64,000 nt of DNA, taken from contig NC_134030.1 of assembly GCF_964204645.1 (NCBI RefSeq), positions 851,355-915,354 on the forward strand, given 5' to 3'. The first letter of the stretch is position 1; each line of letters starts with the position of its first letter. The DNA comes from Tubulanus polymorphus (Eukaryota; Animalia; Nemertea). Shown in pieces: positions 23,865 through 64,000 of this stretch. The notes beneath the pieces were generated by a model. The model saw only the letters and a list, made by a program, of their open reading frames with translations. It did no database searches and had not been told where the DNA came from. The translations under genes were made by a program, and so were the position numbers.

Positions 23865-25670
23865 CTGAAAAATAAAACGGATTATACGCTGAAAAAAAGA
23901 ACGGGTTAATAAACACGGAACAGCACACGACAGCACACGGACGGACAGTAACACATAAAACATAAAGACGTCGTTCTTTAAATGGAAAGAACCAGCTAGT
24001 AGAGCGCAGCGTAATCGCGAGGATGATCGCGAGGATGATCGCCAGGATGATCGCCAGGATGATCGCCAGGATGAACGCCAGGATATTCGAAATCATGTCT
24101 GCACAGGGTGAAGATCAAGAGATGAATGACCGGCTTAGTGATTCTACTCACTGTCGACCGGTGGCGTATTTCAATATTGACCAATCGGCAACCGCGCTGT
24201 TGTCTCTGGTCGTTGAAAGGATTTACATCGAAGTGTACAGATCGTTCCGCTGTTGCACACGCAGGGCGATCGTGACGTCACCTCTGTAATACATCCGGCA
24301 TATAGACCGGGCACACGGGTACCATTGAATATTGATCTATAGAAATATCTCTAAACATTTCGAATTGTCGAAGTTACCGCATGATAAAACACTGACGCGA
24401 CGTCACCGTTATACACCCGGCATATGGAATAAACTTGATCGAAAACTAATAGCAAACAATTTGAATCCCCTGCTCCTATGCTGCAATGCCGCCATGAAAA
24501 TAAATTGGTCGTTTTCAGAAACCCTTGGTTGCAACGAAGTTTGTTTATCACTTACCGACGGTTATGCACGTAATAAAATATAAAAACCAACTTAATTATA
24601 TAAAATGAACGTAAATTTCCTCAAATTGTGAACTGGCCCGAGTACTGCCTCGGCCGGTCCGCATACGTGAAACGCCTCAAGTTTATCAATCATCTTTATT
24701 TTTCCCAAAAAATCATACAATAATCGGGGTTTTTTGAATGAATGTTAGGGGCACTCGGTGTAATTCATTCAATATTTGATTATATTTGAAATCAGCAAGG
24801 GCTGACAAGGCGCAGCCAACTGGGAGAGGCACCGATTATTCATAATATCGACGAGACAAATTATCCTTTCTCGCATCGAACTTTAACTATGTATTGTTGA
24901 AATCGGAGCCGTTCGGTCAAAAGGACGGACTACCTGGCTCGCAGCACCAGCGGGAATCCTTACTAATAGTACCTATTGGGGTCAAAAACTTCGAGCCCCT
25001 GTGAGCTCAAGGAAATTTTTCGGACTTAACGTTATTTTCTTGTTATTATTGTGGGATTTTCTACTTATCATGGCCACAACACAGGGGGTTATTCTGCCAG
25101 TTAGCCACTGAACATTTACTTGAACTATAAACTTGAGTTAAACAACTTACACAATGCGAGACAATATTTTCAGTTATAAAAAAACTTTATTTTACAAATT
25201 ATACACATTAATAAACGCATTACATTCGTTTTATGAGTTCCACTCTAATGAGTGGAATCAAGTGGAACTTCCACTCGAATTAAACATGTACCCGATATAG
25301 ATAGTTATTTTCTATTAGGAAAGAAAACAAAATAACAGACAAGGTATATAACTGTTTATATAGGTACCAAGCTTACTGGTTATTTGCTATTCAAGTTGAA
25401 CAAAATTTAAATCATCGATTTTTATATCACGATGAAACAAAATCTAAAATAACGTGCAATTAACATAACTTGTTATAAGTAAACTTAACTCGATTAAACT
25501 AAAACTGGTGCTGGTTGCATGGTCATGATGTGATCTTAAGTTGTTAGATTGGCTATGTAGAAATAAGTTGGTCTTAGAGTGGTCTTAAGTATAAACCATG
25601 ACTATACAATTGATCCCTGATTAGAATTAAGTGAATTACAAATGATTACATGTATAGAGCTTGCAGCAGT

Positions 25671-25702
<32 letters not shown>

Positions 25703-26029
25703 GAACGGTTCCTATGATTCATGAGACAGATACAAATTTTCGTTTTCATTTATGAAGGCTTTCACTAATTATTTCTTACACATTTTTCCTATTTTCGTTG
25801 TACAGTGTTTACCATTGAGACAGTATTCATTATCGTTAAAATGTTTACAGTTAAGATTGAAATATGTTTAAAACTAGAAGAATACTTTTGATAAATAATC
25901 ATAAAATGAAAGAATTGTGGAAGATTTTATAGACAGATGAACTTTTAATCAATGAGCAGTTTGTCTTTCAAAAATAGACGGAAATCAGCTCCACAATTGA
26001 CTCACAAGTTACATCCAAAGTCAGACTCT

Positions 26030-26540
26030 AGAACTGTGGAACTGAGTTGAGAACTGTGTCCATAACTGTGAAACTGATTCTGAATTGTGGAAATGGGTTC
26101 TGAACTGTGGAATTAGGTTCAGTTGAGGAAGTGGATACTGAACTGTACGACTGGGTACAGAACTGTGGAAGTGGATACAGAACTGTACGACTGGGTACAG
26201 AACTGTGGAAGTGGATACAGAACTGTAAGACTGGGTACAGAACTGCGGAAGTGGATACTGAACTGTAAGACTGGGTACAGAACTGTGGAAGTGGATACTG
26301 AACTGTAAGACTGGGTACAGAACTGTGGAAGTGGATACTGAAGTGTAAGACTGGGTACAGAACTGTGGAAGTGGATACTGAAGTGTAAGACTGGGTACAT
26401 AAATGTGGAATTGGATCAAGAACTGTGGAAGTGGATCAAGAACTGTGGAAGTGGATCAAGAACTGTGGAAGTGGATTCAGAACTGTGGAAGTGGATCAAG
26501 AACTGTGGAAGTGGATCAACAACTGTGGAAGTGGACACAT
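26030..26540. repeat. Minisatellite (AGAACTGTGGAAGTGGAT core, 20-bp subunits) in the ZnT 3'UTR
   Basis: Tandem units related to the family C TIR; starts just after the ZnT stop codon. Confidence 0.9.
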
Positions 26541-26561
26541 TCAGCAGTATAACGTGTATAT

Positions 26562-29500
26562 TCACATGTTTATAGAGTGAATACACTTGTCACAGTTTAA
26601 CATCACGTCCGGATTGTAACATTCAACTTGAACTGTACAAAACTGAAATTTATATTTCTGTTGTAGAATTCCGGTCGCTTGATTCAAAATCTGATCATAA
26701 TCGCAACCACTGACTACAAAATACAAATTACAACAATCGTTTCAGTTACCAGTAATCGCATTTATTAAACAATTCCCGCTTACAGATCCAATGCATATTC
26801 TATCCCAGGGTCCGATCTAAACATTTGTCCGATTGCCCGGGACAAGTATATTCTCATCAGGGCAAGTAGGTTATCATTATCACTTTTTCCCCAGGCTAGT
26901 GCAATTTTATGTCACAATTCCCATTCGATACAACGGATTTCTTAACGCATTTCGTTTTCACGATAAAATGGAAAATTTTTCAGAAAAGGAATCATAGCGC
27001 CACCAATTGGACTGCCTGTGTAGGGCAAGTAGCTTTTGGAGGGGGCAAGTGAAATTTCAGATATGCTTGCCCCCGGGCAAGTGGCTTTCATTCCTTAGAT
27101 CGCACCCTGTGTCTAATGTATTTCTAACTGTTATTTAAATTATTACAGCTGAACTGGCTTAATCCGGATCGGCTTAAGTTAACCCAGATTTTGGTCCAAT
27201 CCGGACAAAAATGACAGTCTATTTTTCTAATCCGGATTTCCTGTAAACCGGATGAATTTTGTTGGTCCCAAATGATCCGAATTAACTGGATTTGACTATT
27301 TCTCATTCATAATTCAAATGTATCGTCTAACGACCCGTATTGTTACTATATGTTGCTAGGTAACGTACCTACAGCTACGTGTACGGCTACAGCGAATTGA
27401 TCAATAGATAACGACCACACGTGCAGACTATGAGCCATTTTAACTCCGCTGATCTTTTCCAACGAAGTCTTAACTTTTTTCACCGAAATTGACTTTGGTA
27501 CTCCTTGAAAATAAATATAAACGGTTACTATCCTGATATTTCAAGTGCCCAGGGGCTGGTTACATAGTCATGGCTTAGACTTAAGACCAGTCTAAGACCA
27601 ACTTAGTTCAATAGCTAATCTAACAACTTAAGACCAGTCTTAAGATTTGAGACCACTTTTGGACTTAAGTCTCGACTGTGCAACTGGCCCCTGGTGAGAT
27701 TGCAGGAATCAAAAACAGGCCCTGGCGAGTGGGGGATTGAAGCATAGGCCCTAGCAAGCGAAGGAATCAAATAACAGACCCTGGTGAGTGAGGGAATCAA
27801 AGAAAATACCCTAACAAGCGAGGGAATTGAAGAACAGACCCTGGCAAGCAAAGAAATCAAATAACACACCCTGGTGAGTTAGGGAATCAAAGAAAAGGCC
27901 CTGGCAAGCGAGGGAATTGAAGAACAGACCCTGGCAAGCAAAGGAATCAAATAACAGACCCTGGTGAGTGAGGGAATCAAAGAAAAGGCCCTGGCAAGCG
28001 AGGGAATTGAAGAACAGACCCTGGCAAGCAAAGGAATCATCGTAGAACGAGCCCTGGTAAATGAGGGAATTGAAGAACAGTCTGTGGCAAGCGAGGGTAT
28101 TAGAACGTACCTTCCATGATGACGGTTATAACATCTCTGAGAACAGTTAAAGTTGTTATCAGCACCAATATCGAAAACAAAAACGTACAAATCGGATCAG
28201 CTATTTTAGCACCGGGCTGAAAATAATTCAACACGTAAAATTTCATTTATCGAAACCCGATTCCGAAAATTCAAGATAAATCGAAATGCATTTTAAACTT
28301 TAAGAAGTAGAATTTAATCGATAATATTTTTCACAACTATTTCCTGGCTCCGATATTTCTACTCGTGAACTTACGACAAATTTGATAATATAAGCAGCAA
28401 TGAGGACTCCGATACTCTGAATCAGATCACCGATAACGTGGATAAACGCAGCTCTCACGTTTATATTCTTCTGACTAGGGGCGCCACCGTGACTGTGACC
28501 GGTAGCGCCACCGTGGCTGTGACCGGTAGCGCCACCGTGGCTGTGACCGGTAGCGCCACCGTGGCTGTGAACGTGACCAAACGATGTAGGATGATGACAA
28601 GCGCATAATTCGGAATGTAAAACAACTCCCATACTGAAATTATAAACAACCCGTGACTAACTACAGCTGGGGCCAGTTGTTCAATAGTTAGAGATTCGCG
28701 GATAAATGTCATAGTTACAATTTAAATTGTATTGTTATCGACCGATTAATTGTCTCGGCCCAGCGCTATGACAAACTTGCGGAATACTCGCTTATCGTTG
28801 TCATTGGGAAACGACTTAACATACGAATGATGACATTGAAAATTGAATCGAAGGAAATTGAGACTCAAAAATAGAGATAACTTATGCGAAAACTTATACA
28901 AATATTGCCTTAAAGACTGTATTATCAAGAATAGATAGTTGTATACATCTATAGTTGCTGGCATCAGTAATTTTTCTCAATCTAGTATGTTATATCTGGT
29001 ATCAAAAAGATGGCAGATTTAATACAATAGACTTCAGTAGTTTAGCTACGGATTGCCTCAAATCATCGCCTACCCCATCGGACAATTAGTTTTCTTCATC
29101 AATTCATTGTGATAACAGCTAATCCCTGCTCCGAACTACCCCAGAATTTGCACACCTTGAAAAGAATGACCTATTCTTGACTTAGGCAGATTGCGTAGGA
29201 TCTGAGGCAAGCGCTGAGTCTACTGTAACCGCATTTTAATGTTGTTATATTAATTGTAAAAGAACGTACATTATATTAAAGGCGACTCCACATCCTGAGG
29301 TTATCAACATGTCATCGGCGTTGATTTCGTAATCTCTATTGATAAACCGGAGTACAGCGAGATAGACGAGAATACCAGTTACAATCCAGATTATCAATAC
29401 ACTCACTAACGCTCCTAATACCTCTACAAATAAATCATAGATTACAACTTACTACGAAATCTCATCTTAAACGTTCGATTGCTAAGATATGAATCTGCTG

Positions 29501-31136
29501 CCTGGACCCTGCACCCCTACAGCCTAGACCCTGCACCCCCTCAGCCTGGACCCTGCACCCCTACAGACTAGACCCTGCACCCCCTCAGCCTCGACCCTGC
29601 ACCCCTACAGCCTAGACCCTGCACCCCCTCAGCCTGAACTCTGCACCCCTCAGCCTGGACCCTGAACCCCTCTCAGCCTGAACCCTGCACCCCTCAGCCG
29701 GGACCCAGCACCCCTCAGCCTGGGAGCTATATCCCATCAGGCTGGACCTATAGGCATTAGACATTTTATCAGCACACTTTCAAAAACTGATCATCTATAC
29801 TTCACGTGTGTTCAGTGCTTCACCTGAGACATTTTTAATTGAAAATGAACTACAAACACCAGATATTAGACATTTTATCAGCACACTTTCAAAAACTGAT
29901 CGTCAATAATTGACTCTGAGAGTGAATGTTTTAGAATGCAGATTCATACCTATATCTAAGATTGATTATCTCGTAGATATCACTATACAAAGGATAATAA
30001 CTAAACAACGGCTTACACTACAATACGTACCTGCTCTTCGGAATCCAAACGTATGTTTAACGCTTGCTGTTTTATTTGCGATGAATAGAGCGAATAAACT
30101 GATTATAAAACTGCATAAATCGCTGGCTAAATGGGTGGCATCAGTGATCAGTGCTAAACTATTAGCGTAAACACCACCTGTAAATATATAACATATACAT
30201 CAGTTAGTGGAAACACAGCAGTCATTGTTAGGGGACAATTATAATACATTATTTTAATCTTTAACAAAGAACTGTGGAACTCAGTCCAGAACTGTGGAAA
30301 TGGGTCCTGAAGTGTAGAACTGGGTCCTGAACCGTGGAACTGGGTTCAGAATTGTGGAACTAGGTTCTGAACTGTGTCACTGGATCCAGAACTGGGTTGA
30401 GAACTATGGATTGGAACTTGGTCTAGAAATGTTGAACTGGATTCATATCTGTGAGTCCAGAACTGTGGAACTAAGTCCAGAAGTGAGGAACTCAAACTGA
30501 ATCCAGTCTGGATTGTAACTTACCAATTATTTCTCCAATCATGAAAGCGAGGCATAAAACAGAAACAGCTATGAGTTGATTACGAGCGAGTTTATCAGAA
30601 CGGCGCTCAGCCTCTGAACCGGTCCAGCGAGGATGAGGATGGCAATGATCAACTTCTATATAATCATCGTCAGAATCTTCATCTTCATCTTTATCGTCTT
30701 CCAGTAACAACGAGTCATCATCGTCACCGCTACCTGCCAACAACGGTCGTCGTTGATGTTGTTGTATTGTTGTATGGTTGCGTAGTAACAGTACGTCGTC
30801 AGCGTTGTGACAATATTCCTGTTCTCGGTCCGACGCGCCCCTACCCTCTCCCTCCCCCGCCGCTGCTGCAGGTCCCCCGATCACTAATCTCGGACTTCCT
30901 AAACCGATTTCAAACTCTTGATCTCGAAGAAGTTCGTTTTCCGATGAGTTCAGTTTTTGCATCTGATTATTTTTCCGTGGTCGAGAAGTTGGAGGAGGGG
31001 GTAGATATACTACTGGCTCCCCAGCAGCAGCAGCAGCAGCAGCAGCAGATCTCCCTCCACCACCTCCACCGACCCCGTCACTGTCAGCGCACCTGGCGTT
31101 GTCATCCTCATCACCTCTCCTCCTCTCACTCATCAT
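26562..31136 (-). CDS. SLC30A2: Cation diffusion facilitator zinc transporter, ZnT2/3/4/8 (SLC30A) type, ~521 aa
   Basis: Exons 31136-30524, 30177-30031, 29423-29270, 28633-28375, 28216-28111, 27503-27369, 26713-26562 (TGA), phases consistent. Motifs: [15 protein letters not shown] (TM2 HxxxD), TFGFRRAEVLGAL, His-rich loop, [21 protein letters not shown] (TM5 HxxxD), [30 protein letters not shown]-terminal CxxC. Minus-strand AATAAA at ~25186-25191. Symbol reflects the nearest family; exact orthology is untested. Confidence 0.93.
26807..27109. mobile_element. hAT-like non-autonomous element
   Basis: Ends CAGGGTCCGATCTAA / TTAGATCGCACCCTG; internal repeated GGGCAAGT subterminal motifs. Confidence 0.55.
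27710..28100. repeat. 30-bp minisatellite in ZnT intron 5
   Basis: Units like CCCTGGCAAGCGAGGGAATTGAAGAACAGA. Confidence 0.9.
29500..29722. repeat. 22-bp minisatellite in ZnT intron 2 carrying MRE cores
   Basis: Unit CCT(G/A)GACCCTGCACCCCT(A)CAG; TGCACCC at 29510, 29532, 29554, 29576, 29598, 29620, 29642, 29686. Confidence 0.9.
30268..30492. repeat. Degenerate minisatellite (GAACTGTGGAACTGG core) in ZnT intron 1
   Basis: About ten diverged ~20-bp units. Confidence 0.8.
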
Positions 31137-31654
31137 CTCCTGGTGACTGATGATCAAACTGCGCTGATTGAAATTACAAACCTTTGTTCGTTAAATCTAC
31201 ATCGGCACTTTTAAAATTAAGTTTTCTTTAAGTTGCCAATAAATGTATATTTGTATTGCTATTTATTTCCGGGTACGGAACGGTACATTTCGTCCTCGAT
31301 TTTTAGAGAAAGTTCTGCAATTTTTTTCTTTCGATAATCATCTGTATGAATTTTCTGTTTGAGTTGAGAAAGATTTATCTCTTTCCAAAATGGAAAATAT
31401 CGTCTTGTAAAAATTAAAATTGCTTTTATCGGGACAAATAAAGTTTGCGTTGAATTGAAAATAAATTTCTCACTATTATACGAAACGTCGACAAAGTCAT
31501 TTGTGAAAAAAATATCTAAAAAGTGAATTGAAACTATAAGTCTTTATGTTAAAATGTAAAGTAAAGTAAAAATATCGGGTTTGTAGTGAAAAAAGATAAG
31601 GAAATTGCTGTATTTGAATGGACGTTTCAGTAGAAAGTTTTACATTCACGCAAC

Positions 31655-31810
31655 GGAAGAGACGTGAATCCATTGGTTGACGTGAAGCCGCTTCACGTGA
31701 CGCGACCCGGCGCTGTTTCACGTGTATGACCCGGCACCGCGTATAGCTTCACGTCTCATAGCCGCCGCCATCTTTACTAGAGATAGTGGCTTTATGCACA
31801 CGGTTCTAAG
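31655..31810. promoter_or_regulatory. Candidate bidirectional promoter between ZnT and ZIP
   Basis: CpG-rich patch with ATTGG (CCAAT box, 31672), TCACGTGAC (CLEAR/E-box, 31693-31701), CACGTG (31719), three further TCACGT half-matches, YY1 CCGCCATCTT (31765-31774) and MRE TGCACACGG (31795-31803). Confidence 0.65.
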
Positions 31811-31950
31811 GTTCAGCAGCGCCAAGTAGAGTTAATACCGCCAGTTTTAATACTACGGAGACTTTTAGAAACATCAGCAACAGCAGCAGCGAAACAGGGA
31901 AAGAACCAGAGAGAACTACTGATCAGGAATATTAGAAAAACTGACTCAAG
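31760..31950 (+). other. Probable non-coding exon 1 of the ZIP gene (start approximate)
   Basis: Strong donor CAAG|GTAAGA at 31950/31951; matching acceptor TTGTAG at 36167, upstream of the ZIP ATG at 36294. Confidence 0.6.
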
Positions 31951-33939
31951 GTAAGAGGGCATCGAATCGAATCACAGGCTTCCGTGCGTGGTATGTCCCG
32001 AGTGTGTGAGATTATGAATGAATGAATGAAAATGTGAATCATTGACTGGGACTGACTGAGGTTAGTGAGCACTGTTCGTGTCCTGATCCATCGGTCATGC
32101 TAGTAACAGGCTAGCCGGCGCCCGGTCAGTCAGACACGGCCAGGTGACTCACAATAACTACTTTCTACAACAATAATGGCAGGGTTGCAAGTCATGGGAA
32201 ACCTAGACATGAAAAGCAAAATTTAAACAACACAGTACAGTTCCCACAGAGGGAGGGAGATTGGGAAACACTTTTGGGAATTTTGAAATAATGATTCCCA
32301 TTTTGGAAATATTTGGGAAATTTTCCTAAAATCAGGGGAATATTTGGGAAGTATTTTGGGCAATTTTCTTCAGCGAAGCGAGTTCCCTTGAATAAACCGG
32401 TCACCATTAAAATGTCAACTGTAGTATGATGTTATCAGTTCTTTCTATGAAAGCAATTGAAAAATAACCTGGGAAAAACCTGGGAATGTTTTTTGAAACT
32501 GGGAACCATGAAACAAAGAAAATTAAAATATTGTTTGTATAGGCTTTTTATATGATGGTCAGAAATCCTTCAAGTTAGGGACCTTTAAGGTAACGCTAGC
32601 TACAGGCCTGAGATATGATGATGAAACCCCTCGGTGTTTGAGGAGTGTCATAAAGATAGCAGTTGTAGTAATAGATTATAGTTTCTGTCAATTGTCATGT
32701 TTGATTTGATAACAATAAATATAAAATCCATATGAAATGAATATGTGATAAACTGGTGATATTTTACCACCTTGCTCTACTATACAGATCTACTGATAAT
32801 AACCATTGATAGATAAAAATTTGAGTCTGGTGTAGTCGTAATCATAATATTGAATTCTGAGTCTGAAATGTTTCCTCGAGCTATATTCGATATAAGCGAA
32901 AGTTCATAAAAATTAGTCTTTATGAATGTTTGATATAAGCAACTTCAGCCACAACTGAATAACAGGTATCACTGGATCTTTGACCAAGGTGATATCTGAA
33001 TCCAGGTTGTTAGAATGATTTCCTTGAACAGAAGAAAAAGAGTCTCGAAATGTTTTATTGAGCTAGTGTAGTTTGTTCGATTAGTGCTTTCAATTTTATC
33101 CTAATAGTCAGTAATGCTTCTAGTGTTAGTTATAAGAAAAAAATGGCATATATATTTGATATTATCAGTTGCTGATAAACATCACCTGCCTTTTAGTATT
33201 GATATATCACCAGAACTCTGATGATTTATCGATAAAATTTATCAGTAATGAATAAACAAAAATTTCAACCCAAATAAAAATGTCATGATTAATTTCACAT
33301 ATAAGTAAATGTGTGGGTGGGTGGGATTGAAATGTGAAGATTTTGTGGTCAAATAAAGTTCATCGAATTAATATATAGTTCTTAAAGTACGTTTGAAACC
33401 ACTTCATACACAATTGATATGAATAATCGATATTTTTATGCAGATTTTTCTAGCTCTAAGTACGTATAACCCTATTATGTTGTACCCCCTTTTATCCATT
33501 GATGGTGACTATTGATTTTTAAAAATTAGGTACAAAGGTTCATAAGATGGTAACAAACTAAACCAAATTTATTGATACAAATGATCACCAGGATAATGAT
33601 ACCGCTCCGTATCAGTTGAAATCTAACTAATGAGAAATGTTACCTGATTATCAAGTTATCGATAGTTATGTGAATGGATCAGTGTGTATCATGTCCTCTA
33701 TTCTGGTCATTATTCCACGGGCGATTGACCACTGGTCATCCACACACACACACGGGTGATTGACCACTGGTCATCCACACACACGGGTGATTGACCACTG
33801 GTCATCCACACTTATCCACCGGTGTAACGCGTAGAAAATTAGCTGCATCATTAAACATGTTACTGCATTACATGATACAACCACCATTCATCTGTAAGCT
33901 ATCTATAATAAAACTGTTTATCACTCTGAACTTACTATC

Positions 33940-34600
33940 TCTCCTATCTTTCTCTTACCTTCTCTCTTACCCTCTCTCTCACCTTATATTGTCTTTGGTG
34001 CCCCCTCTTTTTCTTCCTTTTCTCCCCGCCTCCTCTCCCACTCTCACCTCTTTCTACCCCCTCTCCTCCCCCTTCTCTACCCACTCTCCTCTCCCACTCC
34101 TCCCTTCTCCCACTCCCCCCTCTTCTCCCACTCCTCCCTTCTCTCCCCTCTCCCATTCTCCTCTCACCTCTCTCTACCCCCTTCTCCCCCTTCTCTACCC
34201 ACTCTCCTCTCCCACTCCTCCCTTCTCCCCCTCTCCCACTCCCCCCTCTTCTCCCACTCCTCCCTTCTCTCCCCTCTCCCATTCTCCTCTCACCTCTCTC
34301 TACCCCCTCCTCCCCCTTCTCTACCCACTCGCATCTCCCACTCCCCCCTCTTCTCCCACTCCTCCCTTCTCTCCCCTCTCCCATTCTCCTCTCCCTTCTC
34401 TCTACCCCTTTCTCTCCAACTCGCCCCTCTCTCTCTACCCCCTCTCCTCCCACTCCTCCCTTCTCCCCCTCTCTACCCCTCTCCCACTCCCCCCTCTTCT
34501 CCCACTCCTCCCTTCTCTCCCCTCTCCCATTCTCCTCTCCCTTCTCTCTACCCCTTTCTCCTCTCCCACTCGCCCCTCTCTCTACCCCCTCTCCTGTCTC
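33940..34600. repeat. Polypyrimidine/polypurine low-complexity tract
   Basis: CT-rich with internal longer duplications. Confidence 0.9.
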
Positions 34601-36293
34601 TATTTACATTAAGTCTAACATGTTCGAGCCTGTAACAGTTAAAGTGTGTTTAAGTGACAAACAATGTACCTGTACTGATGTAAATATTGTCAATGACATT
34701 TCATCAATTTAAACGGTCTTTATTTTTGAATATTGGATTTTAGATAGAATATTTGTACTGTGTAGATGTGGTAGTTGTAGAGCTGCAGGCAGCTGACTGT
34801 AGATAGAATAACAAGTCGTTTCAGTACAAATACATATTAGTGTCATCATCATTCTGTTGGTTGTTAGAGATGAAATATAGAATAGGCATTTGACTTGTTA
34901 GATTCTAAGAAATTCAATTGTAAGATGAATTTCTTAATTTCATTGAGGTTTAAAGTTATCTTATATCACTCATAGAAGGCTTTAAATAAGTGTGTACGAA
35001 AGTACCGCAGATCACACAACTATTATCTGTACTTCGATTTCCGATTTCAATAAAAAAACACCCTGTTTCACTCCTAGCAGGTATGACTGGTAGGTTTGTA
35101 ACGGACACCAAATCAAAGTAAATCAAATGAATAGCAGCGTCAATCCCTATTATAAGGGTTTGTAGTACACATGAAGGAAATGACAACTTTGAGAATTTAT
35201 TTATTTTTTATGTACAACTTTTAAGGTTGAATATATTTAAAATTCCCCCCAAAGTAGAAATCCCCTGGTCTTTATTCTGTATATCAATTTAATCATTTAG
35301 AAAAGGATTGAAATTTTTCAAACATTGATCTCGTCACTAGCAAAAGTATTTTATTGTCGTTTCGAAGAGATTTTAAAATTTAATTTGAAGTTTGGTTAGG
35401 TGTTAGTTTAAGCAGTGTCAGGTATCATCGAGCAGTCCTCGCGCATTCCTTAACAGACAACCTGTTAATTCTACCGGAAATACCTAGAATAAATCCACGC
35501 GTATAAAAAAATACTGTTACAATAAACAACAATGGTCGTCGCTACGTAGAATAACAGGTATTTTAACTGGAAATACATGATTCATAGCTGTAGGGATGAT
35601 CGCGGCCCGGGTGGTGCCCCCGCTGAGGCCCCGCGGGTCAATAGGGTGTCTCCTAGACTCGGCTAATACTCAGTTTGCGAATCGACCACGTGTGAAATTG
35701 TTTTATTAATTCCTAGTTTAATTTACCGGAAAAAAACGAATATAAAAATGATTTGTTTGTCTGTGTATGTGTGGAATTATTGTGAGTTGTCAGTTTGTAC
35801 GGTTTAAGACTCATGAGGTGTTTAAGGAGCAGATCGGTAGCTTCCTCTCCCTCTATACACCTCTCGTGGTTTATTGAGAGGAGTTTGAAAAGGGGTGAGG
35901 AGGGAGGATAGGTATGGGAGGGAGGATAGTTTGAGGAGTAGGGGGATTGGTTGGGGAGGGGGATAGGTCGGAGGGGGATGGGTCAAAGGAGGGGGGATAG
36001 GTTGCAGAGGGGGATATGTTTTGGATAGGTCGGTGGAGGGGGATAGGTTGGAGGAAGGTCGGAGTAGGGGATATCTACACAGGAATCTCATGTGAATTCT
36101 CTCTCATCCAGTTGTATACTTTTTATCGTCTCTTATCAATCACTGCTTATCTTGTTTTTGATTGTAGGAATATCAGATAGTTACAACAGTAGCAGCAGCA
36201 GCAGCAGTCTCAGCCTCAGCCTCCTTCATCAGTCAGTTCAGTGTTGGTGATGTTTCCTGTTAGAAGCTAACACTCTCTCAGTCTGTTGTAACA

Positions 36294-63964
<27,671 letters not shown>

Positions 63965-64000
63965 TAGTTTCAACTACGACTTCAACCAGGATCAAAACTA

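Noticed and set aside
20400-24700. Endogenous virus or Helitron spanning the gene-free interval
   Set aside because: No recognisable replication, capsid or transposase ORF; short hairpins near 20430 and 24640 do not give convincing termini.
33791-34612. Pro/Ser/Leu-rich and Gly/Glu/Arg-rich ORFs (also 45845-46244, 51988-53100, 60235-60660)
   Set aside because: Low-complexity purine/pyrimidine tracts lack stop codons by composition.
35600-35675. HDV-like ribozyme (CTGAG...GGCTAATACTCAG)
   Set aside because: P2- and J4/2-like pieces are present, but P1, P3/L3 and P1.1 could not be built.

Overview
AT-rich, intron-rich animal genomic DNA, probably invertebrate; the species cannot be identified from the sequence alone. 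Five spliced genes were assembled by hand from GT-AG boundaries with consistent phases: the 3' part of a pyruvate dehydrogenase kinase (+, <1-8393), DNAJC9 (+, 11062-13359), an N-acylation-motif globin (-, 16841-18048), a ZnT2/SLC30-type zinc exporter (-, 26562-31136) and a LIV-1 ZIP10/ZIP6-type zinc importer (+, 36294-63964, non-coding exon 1 ending at 31950). Introns are packed with MITEs, minisatellites and microsatellites, and nearly all long ORFs in the supplied track are repeat artefacts. Best leads: (1) the exporter and importer sit head-to-head on one short promoter carrying an MRE, CLEAR/E-boxes and a YY1 site, with a phased array of 8 MRE cores in a ZnT intron, suggesting a reciprocal zinc switch; (2) a candidate natural intron-spliced long hairpin RNA gene at 23.0-23.9 kb with G:U-biased arm differences; (3) a 69-bp tandem array of minimal type I hammerhead ribozymes at 16.3-16.6 kb; (4) a PDK exon flanked by tandem copies of its own splice sites. 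All regulatory and RNA-structure claims are by-eye inferences that need testing.
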